Source: Lama guanicoe
Lineage: Eukaryota
Direction of reading: 5' to 3'
Assembly: GCA_013239625.1 (NCBI GenBank)
Contig: MU054400.1
Location: forward strand, 3,136,282 to 3,200,281
DNA: 64,000 bases
Shown: piece by piece, positions 11,276 to 23,905 of the stretch
Numbering within the stretch: position 1 is the first letter of the stretch
How the letters are laid out: every line of letters starts with the position of its first letter
Notes under the pieces: model-generated
Told to the model about the DNA's origin: nothing
Database searches by the model: none
Seen by the model: only the letters and a program-made list of their open reading frames with translations
Translations under genes and position numbers: made by a program

Positions 11276-14200
11276 GCAGTGTAAGGGTTCACTATTCATG
11301 CATCCATTAAATCAAAAGATTTACTGTCCTATAAGTCAGTCCATTATATTTTCCTATCTCTTAATTTCAACTGATTGCATTGGCCTTGGGCCAATCTCCT
11401 CACCACTAGCCCTGGTGGTCTTTGGTCATTACTAAAGAAATATCTTTCATAATGAGAGAGCACATAAAAGCAAAAAAAATAAAAATAGAGCCCTATTAAG
11501 GGAAGACTATAATTATCAATGATAAAGCCAAATATTATTATCAACAAAGTACTTTACCAAGTGCTCTGCTGAAAATAATAAGAGTGTAGGTGCTGGTTTC
11601 TTTACAATCAAGTTCAGCCTTCTGGATAGTCAACTGAATTTGTCAGCCCCTCTAGGCTAAGTTTAATACAAGATTTATCAACCGATGTGTGAAACAAAGT
11701 AAAGAAGTTACAATAAATTTTAGGGAATCCACAAAATCATGCCACATATTTGCAGAATTCCAGAAAATAGTTCTTTGCAAAGGGAAAAGATGACACGAGG
11801 AACAAAAGAGAAACATTCCTGTTGACCAACGACCTACTAGGATGGAGTGTGGCAGTTAAGCTCCTATGTTCCCTTTTGCATTCCCTGCAGGTTTTCATGA
11901 TGTCTCGCCCTCAACCAGAACCACCACCCCTAGCATTGCAGCCATGAAGTCGAACAGTTATGTGCCTATGTTGCCATAGAAGGTAATGTGGTGTGGTGGT
12001 GACACAATGGTGGAATGAGACCAAAGGCTGGCTTTAGCACTTTCATTGGCATGCACGGCGGGAAGAGTACCTCTCATACACCCTTTTGTCTCTAAGATCA
12101 TAAATAAAATAGGTCTTATATTTGGTCTTCCAGGGAATAAGAGCAAGACTTACAGAAACATGATCCATGATTGTAAAGAATTTACAGACTGTCCCATGGA
12201 ACTTAAATGTTGAAAGGAAAGTTTAAATTAGCAGCAAATGTTGGTTTCTAGGATACCTAACAGATGTCTGATCAACCACTGTCTTTCCCAATCCATGTAG
12301 CCATTGTTTGGACATAAAATACTGGCTTTGTGTTTACAGCTACAGAACAGAGAGTCTCTAACATTTCTGATCAGGGGGCCCTATCCAACCCCAGCTTACA
12401 AACTGAAGCCACTCGGGGAGATACCAGTTTATTAATATAAAGGATGTTAGGGCAGGACTATTCCTGTCTTAATTTCAACCACAGTATCCCCAAGATAGGT
12501 TTGAGTTTATCAAAGCGAGTGTGAGACAAACCTTCAAGTACATAATTTTCAAAGAAATGATGGAAAACTTGTTCCATGACTCTTGACTCCTTCGACAATA
12601 TCAGGACTGTAAAAACTGGACTTAGTGTGGAGAGAATGGGGATGTTTCCTCGGAAAGAGCTCTTGCCACTCTGAATCTCTAATTCTGCAAGGAAGTCAGG
12701 GAAGGGAGATCTTCTCCATGAGTAAAAGTTACTGTAAGGATGGCTATTTCCTAAGAATGTCTGAAAAAGTGTAGGGATCTGAAAAGTTTTCACCTAGTGA
12801 GATTGTAGATGATTTCTTCACAAAATGCACTTAAGTAAAGAGGAAGAAAAATAATCAAACCTGTGTTTGATTATATGCTTGTCTGGCATATCATTTATAT
12901 ATACCATGAGATCAGTGATTTTCCCCTGCAAAGCTGGACCATCTCCATTTTCCTGGAGATGCCAATTCTCATAAGATCAAGCCAGAGTACAGAACACCCC
13001 AAAGACCGGAGGCCTGGAACTGGAGATGTTCATTATGCTGTCTATAGTTAGGGCTCTCAGAGTTGGGCAGGGTTAACCATGGATAGGTGATCATGAAGGT
13101 AGAATTATTCTGGGGTTTTAAAAGGTTTCCACCGACTCACTGATGTCTTCATTTACATGTGTAATTGATGTCTGCAATTACACATTTACTTCTCCATTTA
13201 TGAGTTTGTTTCCTTTTAAATGTGAACTACTGTGGATATTTCCTCCTTTCATGCTTTTTTATCGTTTATCTTAACTGATGATGATAATGGACATGCTAAG
13301 TAAGTTCCATCCGCCCTATATAACTCAATGTAAATGAGTGTGTTAGATCCATTATTCAACAAAGATTTTTCAAAGGGAGAATGAAAATGAGGAAACCAGG
13401 CTTAGAGAAAAGGAAAGGAGATAAGAGATCCCTTAAGGGGAAAAAATAAAAGAAGACCAACAGACAGAAGATAAACCTTGTTTCTTGAACAATATTGTCT
13501 GGGTCTGAGACAATGCTTAATACCACTGTGTCTCCTCCTTCCTGAGAGTTACTATGATGCATCTCATGGACCACTGAACAATCAGTCAGATGTGCACCCA
13601 TTTAAATAAGACCAGGGCGACTGATGCCATTAATGCCCTTCGTAGTATTTGATGTCAATGAACTCTAGGCTCTTTTCCAACACAGGTCCTTGTGGAATGA
13701 CTGACTAGAGAGGCAGAAGTTCCTCTGAGAGGTTTGAAAGGAAAATAATTCTAAGGTGAGAATGTAAATTAAAGGACTCAAAATCTGTCTCCAAAATGAT
13801 AGTAGACATGATGACACAAGGCATTGTCACTTCTCACAGATCTAAAGCTGGAAGAGATCTCTCAGTATTTGGCATCCAAATGCAACTCCCCCTTCCTTTC
13901 GACACTTTTCCCCAATTCATGGTAAGCTGTCAAAGCAGTTAAGTAGCTCTTAAAGAACCCCCTGGGTGGGACTGGTACGCAGCCCAGAGATGAGAAAGAT
14001 GAAGGTTCTCAGTGGGTAGGAGCAGATCCTCATCTATTGCCTCTTAGGACAATGGATGAAGCTCACTTAAAACACAATTTAAGAGAACCTAAATTGGACA
14101 CACCCAAAAAATCACATTTTCCCATTGCTGTTTCCTAGAAATCAGAGTTATTGATCAGTGAGAAAGTATGACCATAGAATGCCTAGAAATAAATCACCAA

Positions 14201-15006
14201 CATTATTTAATGCTATGTCCTGTATTTCTCCTCTTCTCATTCCGTTGGCAATAACTTCAATCTCTAACTTAGCAGTGGCTGTGGCTCCGGTGGAAGGCAC
14301 ATGTCTTCTCACCCAAGCTGGTTGATCATCAGTTAGGACCCAAGAACCAGCTGCTTCAGCTTTTTTGGCTCAAGATTCTGGCATCGTTCCCCAGGCATAA
14401 GAATTGAGCCAATTTGGCACAGAGACGAACCAAGTTCTAAAATGAATACGTGCTTGAAACTGGAGTGAGGGTACCCTGAGCGTCTCGTTGGTTTCACCAA
14501 CATTAAAATACAATATTTTCTTCCACTTCAGTGCTTGAAGTCAAGGATGTGCCCCACGTTTCCGTATAAATTATGCCTCGTATGCCAGCTGGGTGTGTTT
14601 GTGACGTAGGTGACGACAGGACCTTAGCCACAATCATTCACCTCAATTTGCACTTGGGCATCTGTTACACATCTGGTCTCTTCCTTTTATTATCATTATT
14701 ACTGCTCCATGTCAGGAAGAGTATGTAGACAGAACATTGACTTGCCAGCGATAATAGCTAAAACGTGCAGCTTCGTACTAAGTGAGAAAGTCGTTTTTAG
14801 CACTAACTCACAGGACTGGAGAACAATTTAGAAGTTTCACTGAGACAAGATGCGAGGCAAGGCCATCCTTAAGCTGCCTTAGAAGGAATGGGGTAGTTTT
14901 GCCTCGGATAGATAAATCCTCCTTCCTTGAGGGAACAAGTCTAGCCAAGAGATGACAACTGGAATTAGGCGACAGGGAGGTTGATCTCAGAAAGAAAATC
15001 GATGTC

Positions 15007-15216
15007 AATAGATAAACAAGATTATACTGTACAGCACAGGAAAACATATACAAGATCTTGTGGTAGCTCACGGGGAAAAAGAATGTGACAACGAATGTAT
15101 GCATGTTCGTGTACAACTGAAAAATTGTGCTCTACGCTGGAATCTGACGCAACATTGTAAAATGACTATAACTCAATAAAAAATGTTAAAATAAATAAAT
15201 AAAATAAAATAAAACA
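15007..15216 (+). mobile_element. L1 3'-end fragment (young camelid-type subfamily)
   Basis: tatactgtacagcacagg...gtggtagctcac...aactcaataaaaaatgttaaa plus A-rich tail; degenerate TSD aaaatcgatgtc / aaaagcaatgtc. Confidence 0.85.
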
Positions 15217-15344
15217 AAAAGCAATGTCTATGAGAGAGAATCTCCTAAGGTTTAAGGAGGTATTGAAGAGACCCACGAAAGAGAGAACTGGAAGGTCTGC
15301 TGGGCTGCTCATACGCAATCTGGGATGAGATTGGAATGATTAGA

Positions 15345-15510
15345 CCACAGACTCACAGAATGTTAAGGCAGAAGGTGATGAAACTCAACGGCTCATTTTG
15401 CAGATAAATGAACGGAGACCCACAGAGGAGGCGTGGTTGGCCTAAGGTCAAAGTGTGAGATAGTGGCAGAGCTGCAACTAGAACCTGTTTCTTCCCCCCA
15501 GACACCTTTA
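15345..15510 (-). mobile_element. MIR3-like SINE
   Basis: tcacagaatgttaaggcagaagg...ctcattttgcagataaatgaacggagacccacagagg. Confidence 0.6.
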
Positions 15511-15581
15511 TACAATAGCTGCTTTGCATAGAGAGTTCAAGTTCAGCTGAGATCAAAACACATGTATTTCGGCTTTTATTT

Positions 15582-15830
15582 TGTCAGTCAGGGTTCAGTT
15601 AGAAGAGCAGAAACCGTGCTAGGTATCTGAAAGAGAGTGGACTTAATACAAAGACAGGGTTGAGAAATTGTTGCAAAAGTGAAGGAGGGAAAAAGAGGTT
15701 GCTGGGATAATCAGATATTAGAAACTTCAGGAAGCAGTGGTAACTCCTAGGACTGAGGGAAGAAGGAGGGGTTGGGGCTGTCAAAACTGAGGGGGCTGGA
15801 AGAGGGGACGTCTGTCTCCCCATCTGAAGA
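15582..15830 (-). mobile_element. ERVL-type LTR fragment (LTR33/LTR41-like)
   Basis: tgtcagtcagggttcagttagaagagcagaaaccgtgctaggtat resembles an ERVL LTR terminus in reverse complement. Confidence 0.5.
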
Positions 15831-17129
15831 TTACAGAGCAGAGAAGTGTCTGGGCATGTATCGATCTACTCAGTACCTTATTCTGGAAATGCAAGAATGA
15901 GTGAGAGAGGAAGAGGTAGCAGGGGAGATTTCACAGGGACTTTGGGAACCCAAAGAAGGGTCATCTCAGAACATTGCTAAGACCTGGTTTAGAACAACGA
16001 CTATCGAGTCCGCCAACCCAACAGAGATCTCACACCCTGGGCACGACTTCAACACCAAACAACGCGTAGTCCAACCCTTGAAAATACCACTGCGATGGGG
16101 GAGACCAAGGAAGTGACTGACCTGGTTCCTGCCTGTAGGACACATGCTCTGATTATAGAGCAGGTGACACTTTTTCTTACCTGTGCGATGACACCGTTGC
16201 TTTGCGGGCTTTAGCCACGCGATGCAGGCGGGGGGCAATGAAACACAGTCCTTACGTGGGGGCTGCCAGCTGCCCACAGAGACTGTCCTGCTTTCTTGGA
16301 GACCTTGTGTTCATGCCCCGGATGAGCAGGGGCAGGCAGGTGAGAGGTTCTCAGAAACCTTGAAATTTGAGTTTTCTTAACACAATTATGGCGCTCTAAA
16401 GCAAAAGTGATTGTGCTTGTTGGATGAATGAGTTCTGTTTATAGCAGAGTCATGTTGGCTTTAGCTCCCAGAGGTGGGTCAGGATTCTGCTACAGGTACT
16501 AGGTACATAGGAATCAGGTCAGAGGGGTGGGAAGCTGGGGGCGAGGACAAACCTGGCGCATGAGTGGCAGCCACCATGGTCCTGACAAATTACACCCCAG
16601 TTTAATCAGAAATGCAGGAAAACTAGTTCAATTCCAGACATATGTCGAACTCTAAGGAGACCCAGACTGCTCCAGCAGGACTGGGGACACTGTTTTTGGA
16701 AGCACCGCATGGAATAGGTGGGGTGTCACACAGAGCGAGCATCGCGTCCAGGAAAACGAGGTGAAATGCAACAACATCTGGGAGACATCTGGAAAGAAGG
16801 AGGCAGGAAGTAGCGCCCAGGCAGACGGTCTAGCAATGCCCCGTCAGTGGAGAGAGAGGAACCCAAGGTTCCCAGGTAGCCTTCTGGCCCCAGGGGGAGC
16901 CAGGCTGGCAGGCTGAACCACAAAGGGGTTGAGCACTCGGAAGTGTTAATCCTAAGAGTTCTACTGAAGTCCTCAGTTCTTCAGCCATCTTGCCAGAAGC
17001 TATCAGAGACCCTAGGAGAACAGAACTGATTGCACGAGGCACACTGATAGCATCCTGTCCTGGAGGCCGTTCTTTGCCAGCAGCTAGCCAGTAGGGGCTT
17101 TGGGCATTTTTCTATCCTTTACTTCTGAA

Positions 17130-17700
17130 TATCTTTCAATGCTTTGTCTGCTAGGGACATCTTTTCTTCGGTGAGCCACCCATCTCTCCCCAGTGCACAC
17201 ACTCTCAGTTCATTCCAGTTCCAGGGTAAAGGATGAGAATTAGGTACAGCCAATCAGAGCCGGAGAGGCTGCTTCAGGGATGAGCGCATGACCTACCCTG
17301 GACCAGTGCCCACACCCTGAAACTTGACCTGGAACAAGAAGGGCAGAAACGTTCCTTTTGCTGAGGTTGCAAGTTGGAGCTGTTGCAAAGCAGCCTGGCT
17401 GCCATTTAGGAAGCAGCTACCCAGGAAGAAGGTCAACAGAGAACAGGAAGATGATAACAGGACATTTTGGCAACATCAGGTGTGTGCCTGCATCCAGCTG
17501 TCCTGAAGGTGACGGCAGCCCAGGGCTTTTCAGTTACGGGAGCCAACACATTTCCTTGCCTGACTCCAGCCTGCCGTGGCTTTCTGTCCCGTACAGCCAG
17601 AAGAGTCAAGGAACTCACTGCACCTCTCTGAAACCCTCTCTATCCTCATCGGTAAATTGATGGCTTCCAAGGCTTCCTTCTGCCTGGAACAGCCTTCATT
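17130..17700 (+). mobile_element. Probable ancient ERVL/MaLR LTR (LTR16-like)
   Basis: gccaatcagag...cttcagggatgagcgcatgacc...gctgccattt motifs resemble LTR16/MLT1 elements; highly diverged. Confidence 0.35.
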
Positions 17701-19029
17701 CAGATTTTGAGGCAAAGACAAAAAGGATTATGGTGGATGGTTCACAACCTCTTCATCACCCAGACCTCCGGAGAGAGCCCGGCAGCCAGCACAAGTTCTA
17801 GCGCCCTTCCTCTCACGCTCCTTTGAAAGAGGAGGGATCCCTCCTTGCTGCAGAGGGACTGAGTCAATCTACACAATAAATAAACAGAGGGGGTGGATGA
17901 GGAGAGTGGGGATGAAAGCACGGCTGGCTTAGAAGTTGAGAGAACTTTAGTGAAAGTCTGCGGGGACATTGGCACTAGAATCCGAGCAGAGTGTGGAGGA
18001 AGTAAAGGGAAGTCAGGGGCTTCCTGTGTGAGTCGCTACAGGTCCTCGTGTGGCTTTGGAAAAGTGCACGTTGAGGATCTGGCGGATTTCCACAGGACTG
18101 CGTTTCTGTGACCCGAAGTGCTCGCCAAGGCTGAATCCCCGGGGAGGGCGAGTGTTGAAAGTTTCTTGCCAACCCTCGGAGACTGTGACCACTCCCTCCT
18201 CCAGGGGGGTCACCACGGATCCTGGTGCAGGTGGCAACTGGGAGAAGAGGAAGGGCTTTCTCACCTGAGCAGCTGGTCTGCTCAATGCCGTGAATGAACT
18301 CTTGGGAGATTATTCTTGGGTTTCCCAGCTGTCACAAGGGCTAAAACAAAATCAATTGATGGATGAGTGGCTAAGCCAGCTCTGTGGTTAAGCGTTTGTA
18401 GTGGCACTTGCCTAGTTGTTCCAGGCATTTTAACAAATAAATTGGATTGAACACTTGGCAGTTGATCAACGGCTCAGCGCTCAGCATCACCGTGGACACA
18501 GCACCTGAGATCCAATGGTCACCAACACTTTCAATGCAGGCTCTGCAGGGACTTCTTACACTACTGATTCACCTTCACAAACTTAGTAAGCAAGAAATTA
18601 CTTGGAAAATGCATCATTAGGATTGCGCGGGTATTTAAAAGATTCGTACATTTGTAAAAACTAAATTAAAGGACCATCAAGAGATTATCTGACTTTTCAA
18701 GAAATAGTTCATGGTAAGTCTTCCAAGAGCACAGCTCCAATTGCATTCTTTTGCTGCTGTAAACCCTCCAATTATCTATCATTAGCTGTTAGCTGTCAAT
18801 TTCAGTAAAACGTCTTCTTGTTATTCACTATCCTCTGCAATATAGTCCAAACCTGTCTTTCCGGTCTGGTACCCTCCTAGAATTGCAGTTCACTTAGCTC
18901 CTCAAATTGCAGGAAAAATTGGGTTTACGTGTGGATGTGCCTTGTTTTTGTTTTTGTTTTTGCAGACAGGGGAGGCAGAAAGATCTATAGCTTGCATCAA
19001 ATTCTAGAAGAAGTGAAGAAACCCAGAGA

Positions 19030-19520
19030 GCTTCAAAACCATCACTTGAGGCCTGTGGTCTGTGAATTTGGATAGAAAAAAGTAAATCTTCATTTTCCCT
19101 GATGTCTAACTGAAACTTAGCATTTGTTTGGATTGTGAAGGTGGGCAACAAAGCACAGTAAGCGACGACAGTAACTATGATTTTGTCCTCAGTAGAAATT
19201 GTAGAACTTTTCCCATCACACTGTCGGTATGACAGACGTCTCAAAATATCACACATGCTCATCATGACTTCCAAATTATGCTAGTTCTTAAGACCTGCCA
19301 CTATCTGCTGTCACTGAATGCATTAATCCAGAAGCACAGGGTTTTTTTTTTTTTATCATATACCCTAACTTTTTAGTATTTATTTCGATGACTATTTTTA
19401 AACATAATTTGTTGGTAATTTTTATGCAATTAAAAACATTAATCTGCAAAGTGGTCCATAGACTTGGTTATATTGCTAAAGAAGCACATAGTACGGGGAG
19501 AAAGAAAAAAGATGAAGAAC
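19030..19520. mobile_element. hAT-Charlie element (MER20B-like)
   Basis: gtgaatttggatagaaaaaag...tctaactgaaacttagcattt...tctcaaaatatcac...aaaaacattaatctg...gtccatagactt matches the recalled MER20B consensus. Confidence 0.7.
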
Positions 19521-19895
19521 TCCTAATCTTAATTTTCTGTACCCAACACTCCATCCAGGTCGGGACAGCTCCTGGTTTGACGAGTTTACTCCAAGCTGTC
19601 TGACTGCAGCACTCTTGGTCCAACTGTTTGCATCACTTGAACTGCCTTCTCCCAGCTGCCAGTATCTGTCCAAATCCCGCCCACCTTTAAGGACCATCTC
19701 AAGTGCCCCTTCATATAGGAGCCTTTTTTGTTTATTCTCAGTATCAGAGAGGTGACTGCTCCATCCTTTGACTCACGACTGCCGTGTGCTTGCACCTCGC
19801 CTGTGTTGTTCTTAACTCAAAAGCTTGGCAACATGGCTCTGCATGGTGAAGAGTGTGAATGCTTACAGCAGCCAGTCCGGGGCTGAAGCCCGTCT

Positions 19896-20420
19896 GCATT
19901 TGTTTTCTAGGGCTGCCATAACAAAGTGTCATGGACTGGGTGGCTTAAACAACAGAAATGGATTTCCTCCTGGTTCTAACGGCTAGAAATCTGAGACCAA
20001 AGCTCTCTCCGTAGCTTGCAGATTGTCATCTTCTCCCGGTCTTACCTCTCTACTTGTCCGTGTCCAAACTTCCTCTTCTTTTCTTTTATTTTTATTAACA
20101 TCACTTTATTTTTATGTTATTTATGTTTTGGTAAGGGCGGTGATTACATTTATTTATTTTTTTTAATGGAGGTACTGGGGATTGAACCCAGGACCTCGTG
20201 CATGCTAGGCATGCCCCCTACCACTGAGCTCTACCCTCACCCCCTGAAACTTCCTCTTCTTATAAGGACACCAGTCATGTCAGATTAAGGCCTACCTGAT
20301 GACCTCATTTTAACTTAACCAGCTGTTAAAAGGCCCTATCTCCAAATACACCTTCTGAGATGCTGGGGGTCAAGATTTCAACGTATGAATTTCAGAGGGA
20401 CACAATGCAGCCCACAGCAC
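19896..20420 (-). mobile_element. MaLR LTR (MLT1A/B-like), interrupted by a SINE
   Basis: ttctagggctgccataacaaag...ggcttaaacaacagaaat ... cttataaggacaccagtcat...ccctatctccaaatac...gggacacaatgcagcccac. Confidence 0.85.
20081..20246 (-). mobile_element. tRNA-Ala-derived SINE (camelid Vic-1 type)
   Basis: Reverse complement reads GGGGGTGAGGGTAGAGCTCAGTGGTAG...AGCATGCACGAGGTCCTGGGTTCAATCCCCAGTACCTCCA, then an A/T-rich tail; perfect 15-bp TSD aaacttcctcttctt at 20066-20080 and 20247-20261. Confidence 0.9.
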
Positions 20421-20439
20421 TGTCTATACCCCAGTCCAG

Positions 20440-20615
20440 GAGTTTTACTTTAGAAAAAGTTCTTAACATCTCTATTAGGCTTCGCTCCCTCACCCACAAG
20501 AGGAGGGTGACAGTGGAACTTACTTCATATCAGTTGTAGGAATTAAATGGGTCAGTTCCCATAAAGCACCAGGAGCAGTGCCTGGCGCATAAATGAGCAG
20601 GTCAGCAAAGTTAGT
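20440..20615 (+). mobile_element. MIR SINE
   Basis: aagttcttaacatctct...gttgtaggaattaaatg...cataaagcaccaggagcagtgcctggcgcata. Confidence 0.6.
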
Positions 20616-22256
20616 GATGGCCACATCCTGCACACTGGGCTGGGCCCCACCACCAGCTGGAAAGTTCTAGAAGGAAAGCATGGTTTCGTATTCATCTGTT
20701 TCTTCCGCTGTTGCTCCTACACTGCCTTTAACACAATATATACATTTTGGGGTTTTTTGTTTTTGTTTTTCACAATTTTGAATTGAATGCTTCGTTTTTT
20801 TTTAAAACTGCCGCACTGACTGGGGGCTAAAACAGCGATCCTGAGATACTGATAAAACACGGGAAGCTGTGTACAACTCGGAGAAACACTAATCCCATTT
20901 TTTTCCCCGTTTTTCAAGAACCAAATCCCCTCTGGAAAATGCTGACGCTGGTGTGCTCGGCTCAACCAAGCACGCAACAGCACTTAAACCTCAGAAAAAG
21001 TTTCTCCTTCCTACAAAAACTGCAGGGGGTTAGAAGTCTTCAGCGAGCCTTGTTTTCTGCAATAAATTTAACCAAGGGATGTTCTCCAAATTTTGTAACG
21101 TAAGTAAAAGGAAAATTCTCAGATCACTGGGGATAGCTTCATATTCAACCTGGTTCCAATTTTATCCTGTTAAACTTAAATGAATAGACTACTCTGGGGA
21201 TTCAGATGATGGTATACAATGTAGAAAATGCTCCGAGAATTCAGTGTGAAAACCACTTTGTTCAATTGTTTCTACTCTATTTTGTTTTTAAATCTAATAC
21301 ATATAGGCTTACAAAGCCAGCTTTTGCTTAATGGAAACTTTGGAAAGACATTTTGTTTTGCAAGAATTTAAGTTGATAGTCTGCCATGGATTTAGCTTTA
21401 TTTTTGTGAGATTGCCTTATAATTATTAGGAACTCGCTCTACATGGCTGCCTCAAATGAAGCTGAGTTCTGTGAAAACAATTTTCCTAGTGTTTACATAG
21501 AAGAATTCAGAAAAACAAACCCACAACAACAACAACAAAAAGACCTTAAGATGGGTAAATGTATTTTATTTCATATTCTTATTTTAATGGCGCTTTTGGC
21601 TCAAAGCCCTTCAATACTACCATTTTCTTTCCCTTTTTATTTGATCCCATTTTCCTCCACCATAAAATGCTCTGAGCATGACGGAATTCAGAACTGAGTT
21701 GGCCTCCAGTGCCGTCACATCCCTGACTCCTCTCTCTGTGCACAGGGAGGGGACAGGCAGAACGCAAGGAAAGGAGTCCCTTTTCTCTCTGTGAGAATGA
21801 GCTCTGGGAAGGCCATTTAAAAGAAGACTCTTTTCTGGATGATTTTTCCTAGAATACACCCTCCTCCCAAGCCCTGACCCTACTTTCTCAACTCTCTAAA
21901 GACATCTTGTTTGTAAGATGCTAAATAAAATTCTAGTGGGATGTTTCTCTTTCAGTTCCAGCATGTAATTTTAGCAAGGCTGTGTAATCCCTTCCTTTGC
22001 ATGTGAACTGGACTTGGTGATCTGCGAATCGAATACAGCAGAAGAACCGGGATGGGAGCTAGCACTTCCAAGATCGCGTTATAAAAAGACTGGTTTCCAT
22101 ACTGGTTGTATTTCTCTCTCATCCTTTCATGGATGGCTCCCACATTATCACCCCAATTGCCATGACATGAAGGAGCCCTGGGGTGAGACCACACCTGGTG
22201 AGGGCCCAAAGCTGGCTCACAGCCAAACAACCATGAGAGAGTGCTTTGAAGCAGAG

Positions 22257-22753
22257 TGCATTAGTCAGGGGTCCTCAGCAAAACAGAACCAATGGTGAAG
22301 GGGTGGGATGGGGAATTATTATAAGGAATTGACTCATGTGACTGTGGAGGCCGAGAAGTCCCAAGATCTGCCATCAGCAAGCTAGAGACCCAGAGGAGCA
22401 GAGGGTGTAGTTCTGTCCAAGTCTGAAGACATGAGAACCAGGAGAACTAATGAGGTTAATTTCAGATCCAAAAGGTGGCAGGATGACCCAAGTTCAAATC
22501 TAAGGGCGGGATAAGACTTTTGTTTCAGCTTAAGGCAATGAGGCAGGAGGAGTCCCCCTTACTCCTGGGAAGGTCGTTGCAGGACTTCCACTGATTAGAT
22601 GAGGCCCACCCACATTAGAATTTACTCAGACTCCCTATTCACATGTTAATCTCATCCAAAAACACCCTCACAGACACACTCAGAATAACAATTGACCGAG
22701 TATCTGGGCACCCCCTTGCCCTAGTCAAGTTGACACATAAAATTAACCACCAC
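22257..22753 (-). mobile_element. ERVL LTR (MLT2B-like)
   Basis: tgcattagtcaggggtcctcagcaaaacagaaccaat...ataaggaattgactcatgtgactgtggagg...gtcaagttgacacataaaattaaccaccaca. Confidence 0.88.
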
Positions 22754-22849
22754 ACCAATCTCTGCAACACTTCTGGGCATCAACAGTCATGGTCAACAGC
22801 TTGACTAGACAGAGAGATCTAGACAGAGTCACCACAAATCACTTTTTTA

Positions 22850-22968
22850 TTTTATGTGTGTCTCAAACATTGAATGAGACTGGAACTGAACAATTATCCA
22901 CTGTTCATCTAAAATTCAAATTTAACTAGGCATCCCATGTTTTTATGTGCTAAATCTATCCATCCTAG
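22850..22968. mobile_element. MER53-like hAT MITE fragment
   Basis: tgttcatctaaaattcaaatttaactaggcatcc...tgctaaatct. Confidence 0.65.
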
Positions 22969-23341
22969 ACCTTGACCACGAGGCGCCAGCCAGCTACATG
23001 GTATCAGCTTTTCCTGACCCCCAGAAACTGATAACAAACGTTTGTTGTTTTCAGGCATTACATTTTGCAGTACTTTGGTTTGCAGCAATGAGAACTGATA
23101 CAAAGGGGCATTTGAAACAGGAGTAACAGCATACAAGGCAGGGGGTACAGACAGACAAGTGCTGGTTGTGTACCATCAGAGCCGAATGTGGGTCCCAATT
23201 TTTTTTTTCACGTTCTGAATTTGGTTGGGAAATTCCCCACTCACAGAGTGTGCTATGTATCTGACAGGGGTGTGCACTATAGCCAAGAATTCCCGGCTCC
23301 CACGGCCTGAGAGGTAAGATGCATCCTCAGGTAACAGAGAG

Positions 23342-23492
23342 AGCAGTTTCTCAACTTTTTATGTTCATTTGAATGTCCTGGTAATCTCTCCGAAATGCAA
23401 GTCCTGACTTAGTAGCTTTAAGATGAGGCCTGAGTTTCTGCTTTCCTAACAGGCTCCCAGGGATACTGATGCTGTTGGTCCATAAGGAACAT
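23342..23492. mobile_element. MER5A-like hAT-Charlie MITE
   Basis: gcagtttctcaactt...aaatgcaagtcctg...ttctgctttcctaacaggctcccagggatactgatgctgttggtcc. Confidence 0.75.
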
Positions 23493-23681
23493 CCAGGCTG
23501 TCTCCATAGGACATCTCCCCTTCTTAAGGATCCTGGCTGTGGGTGGGATAAGCCAGAAGGTGGAAGGTGTGATGCTTTAGAGGAAGAGTAACATCACGCT
23601 CACATTCCTCATCCTGAATATAGAGGATGTCAGGCTGCTGGGTGGAGGAAATAACGAATTGGCTGAGGAGCGTCTACTCCC

Positions 23682-23905
23682 ATTATTGAAGTATAGTCAG
23701 TTACAGTATGTTAATTTCAGGTGTGCAGCGTAATGTTTTGTATGTTTTTTCCTTCTTTTTTTTTAATTGAAATGTAGTCAGTTACAATGTTGTGACAGTT
23801 CCTGGTATACAGCATGCTTCAGTCATACATGTACATACAGATATTCTTCTTCATTTTAGGTTACTACAAGATATTGAGTATAGTTCCCTGTGCTATACAG
23901 AAGAA
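23682..23905 (-). mobile_element. Two tandem L1 3'-end fragments
   Basis: ttattgaagtatagtcagttac... followed by a T tract and aattgaaatgtagtcagttacaatgttg...ttactacaagatattgagtatagttccctgtgctatacag. Confidence 0.85.

Larger units (their letters stand above)
21940..23102 (+). mobile_element. MaLR LTR (MLT1F/H-like) split by two nested insertions
   Basis: MLT1-like body (cacttccaagatc...ttataaaaagactgg...) and terminus ttgcagcaatgagaactgataca at about 23102. Confidence 0.6.

Noticed and set aside
20168..20244. tRNA-Ala gene
   Set aside because: It has mismatches in the stems, an A-rich tail and a 15-bp TSD, so it is a SINE head.
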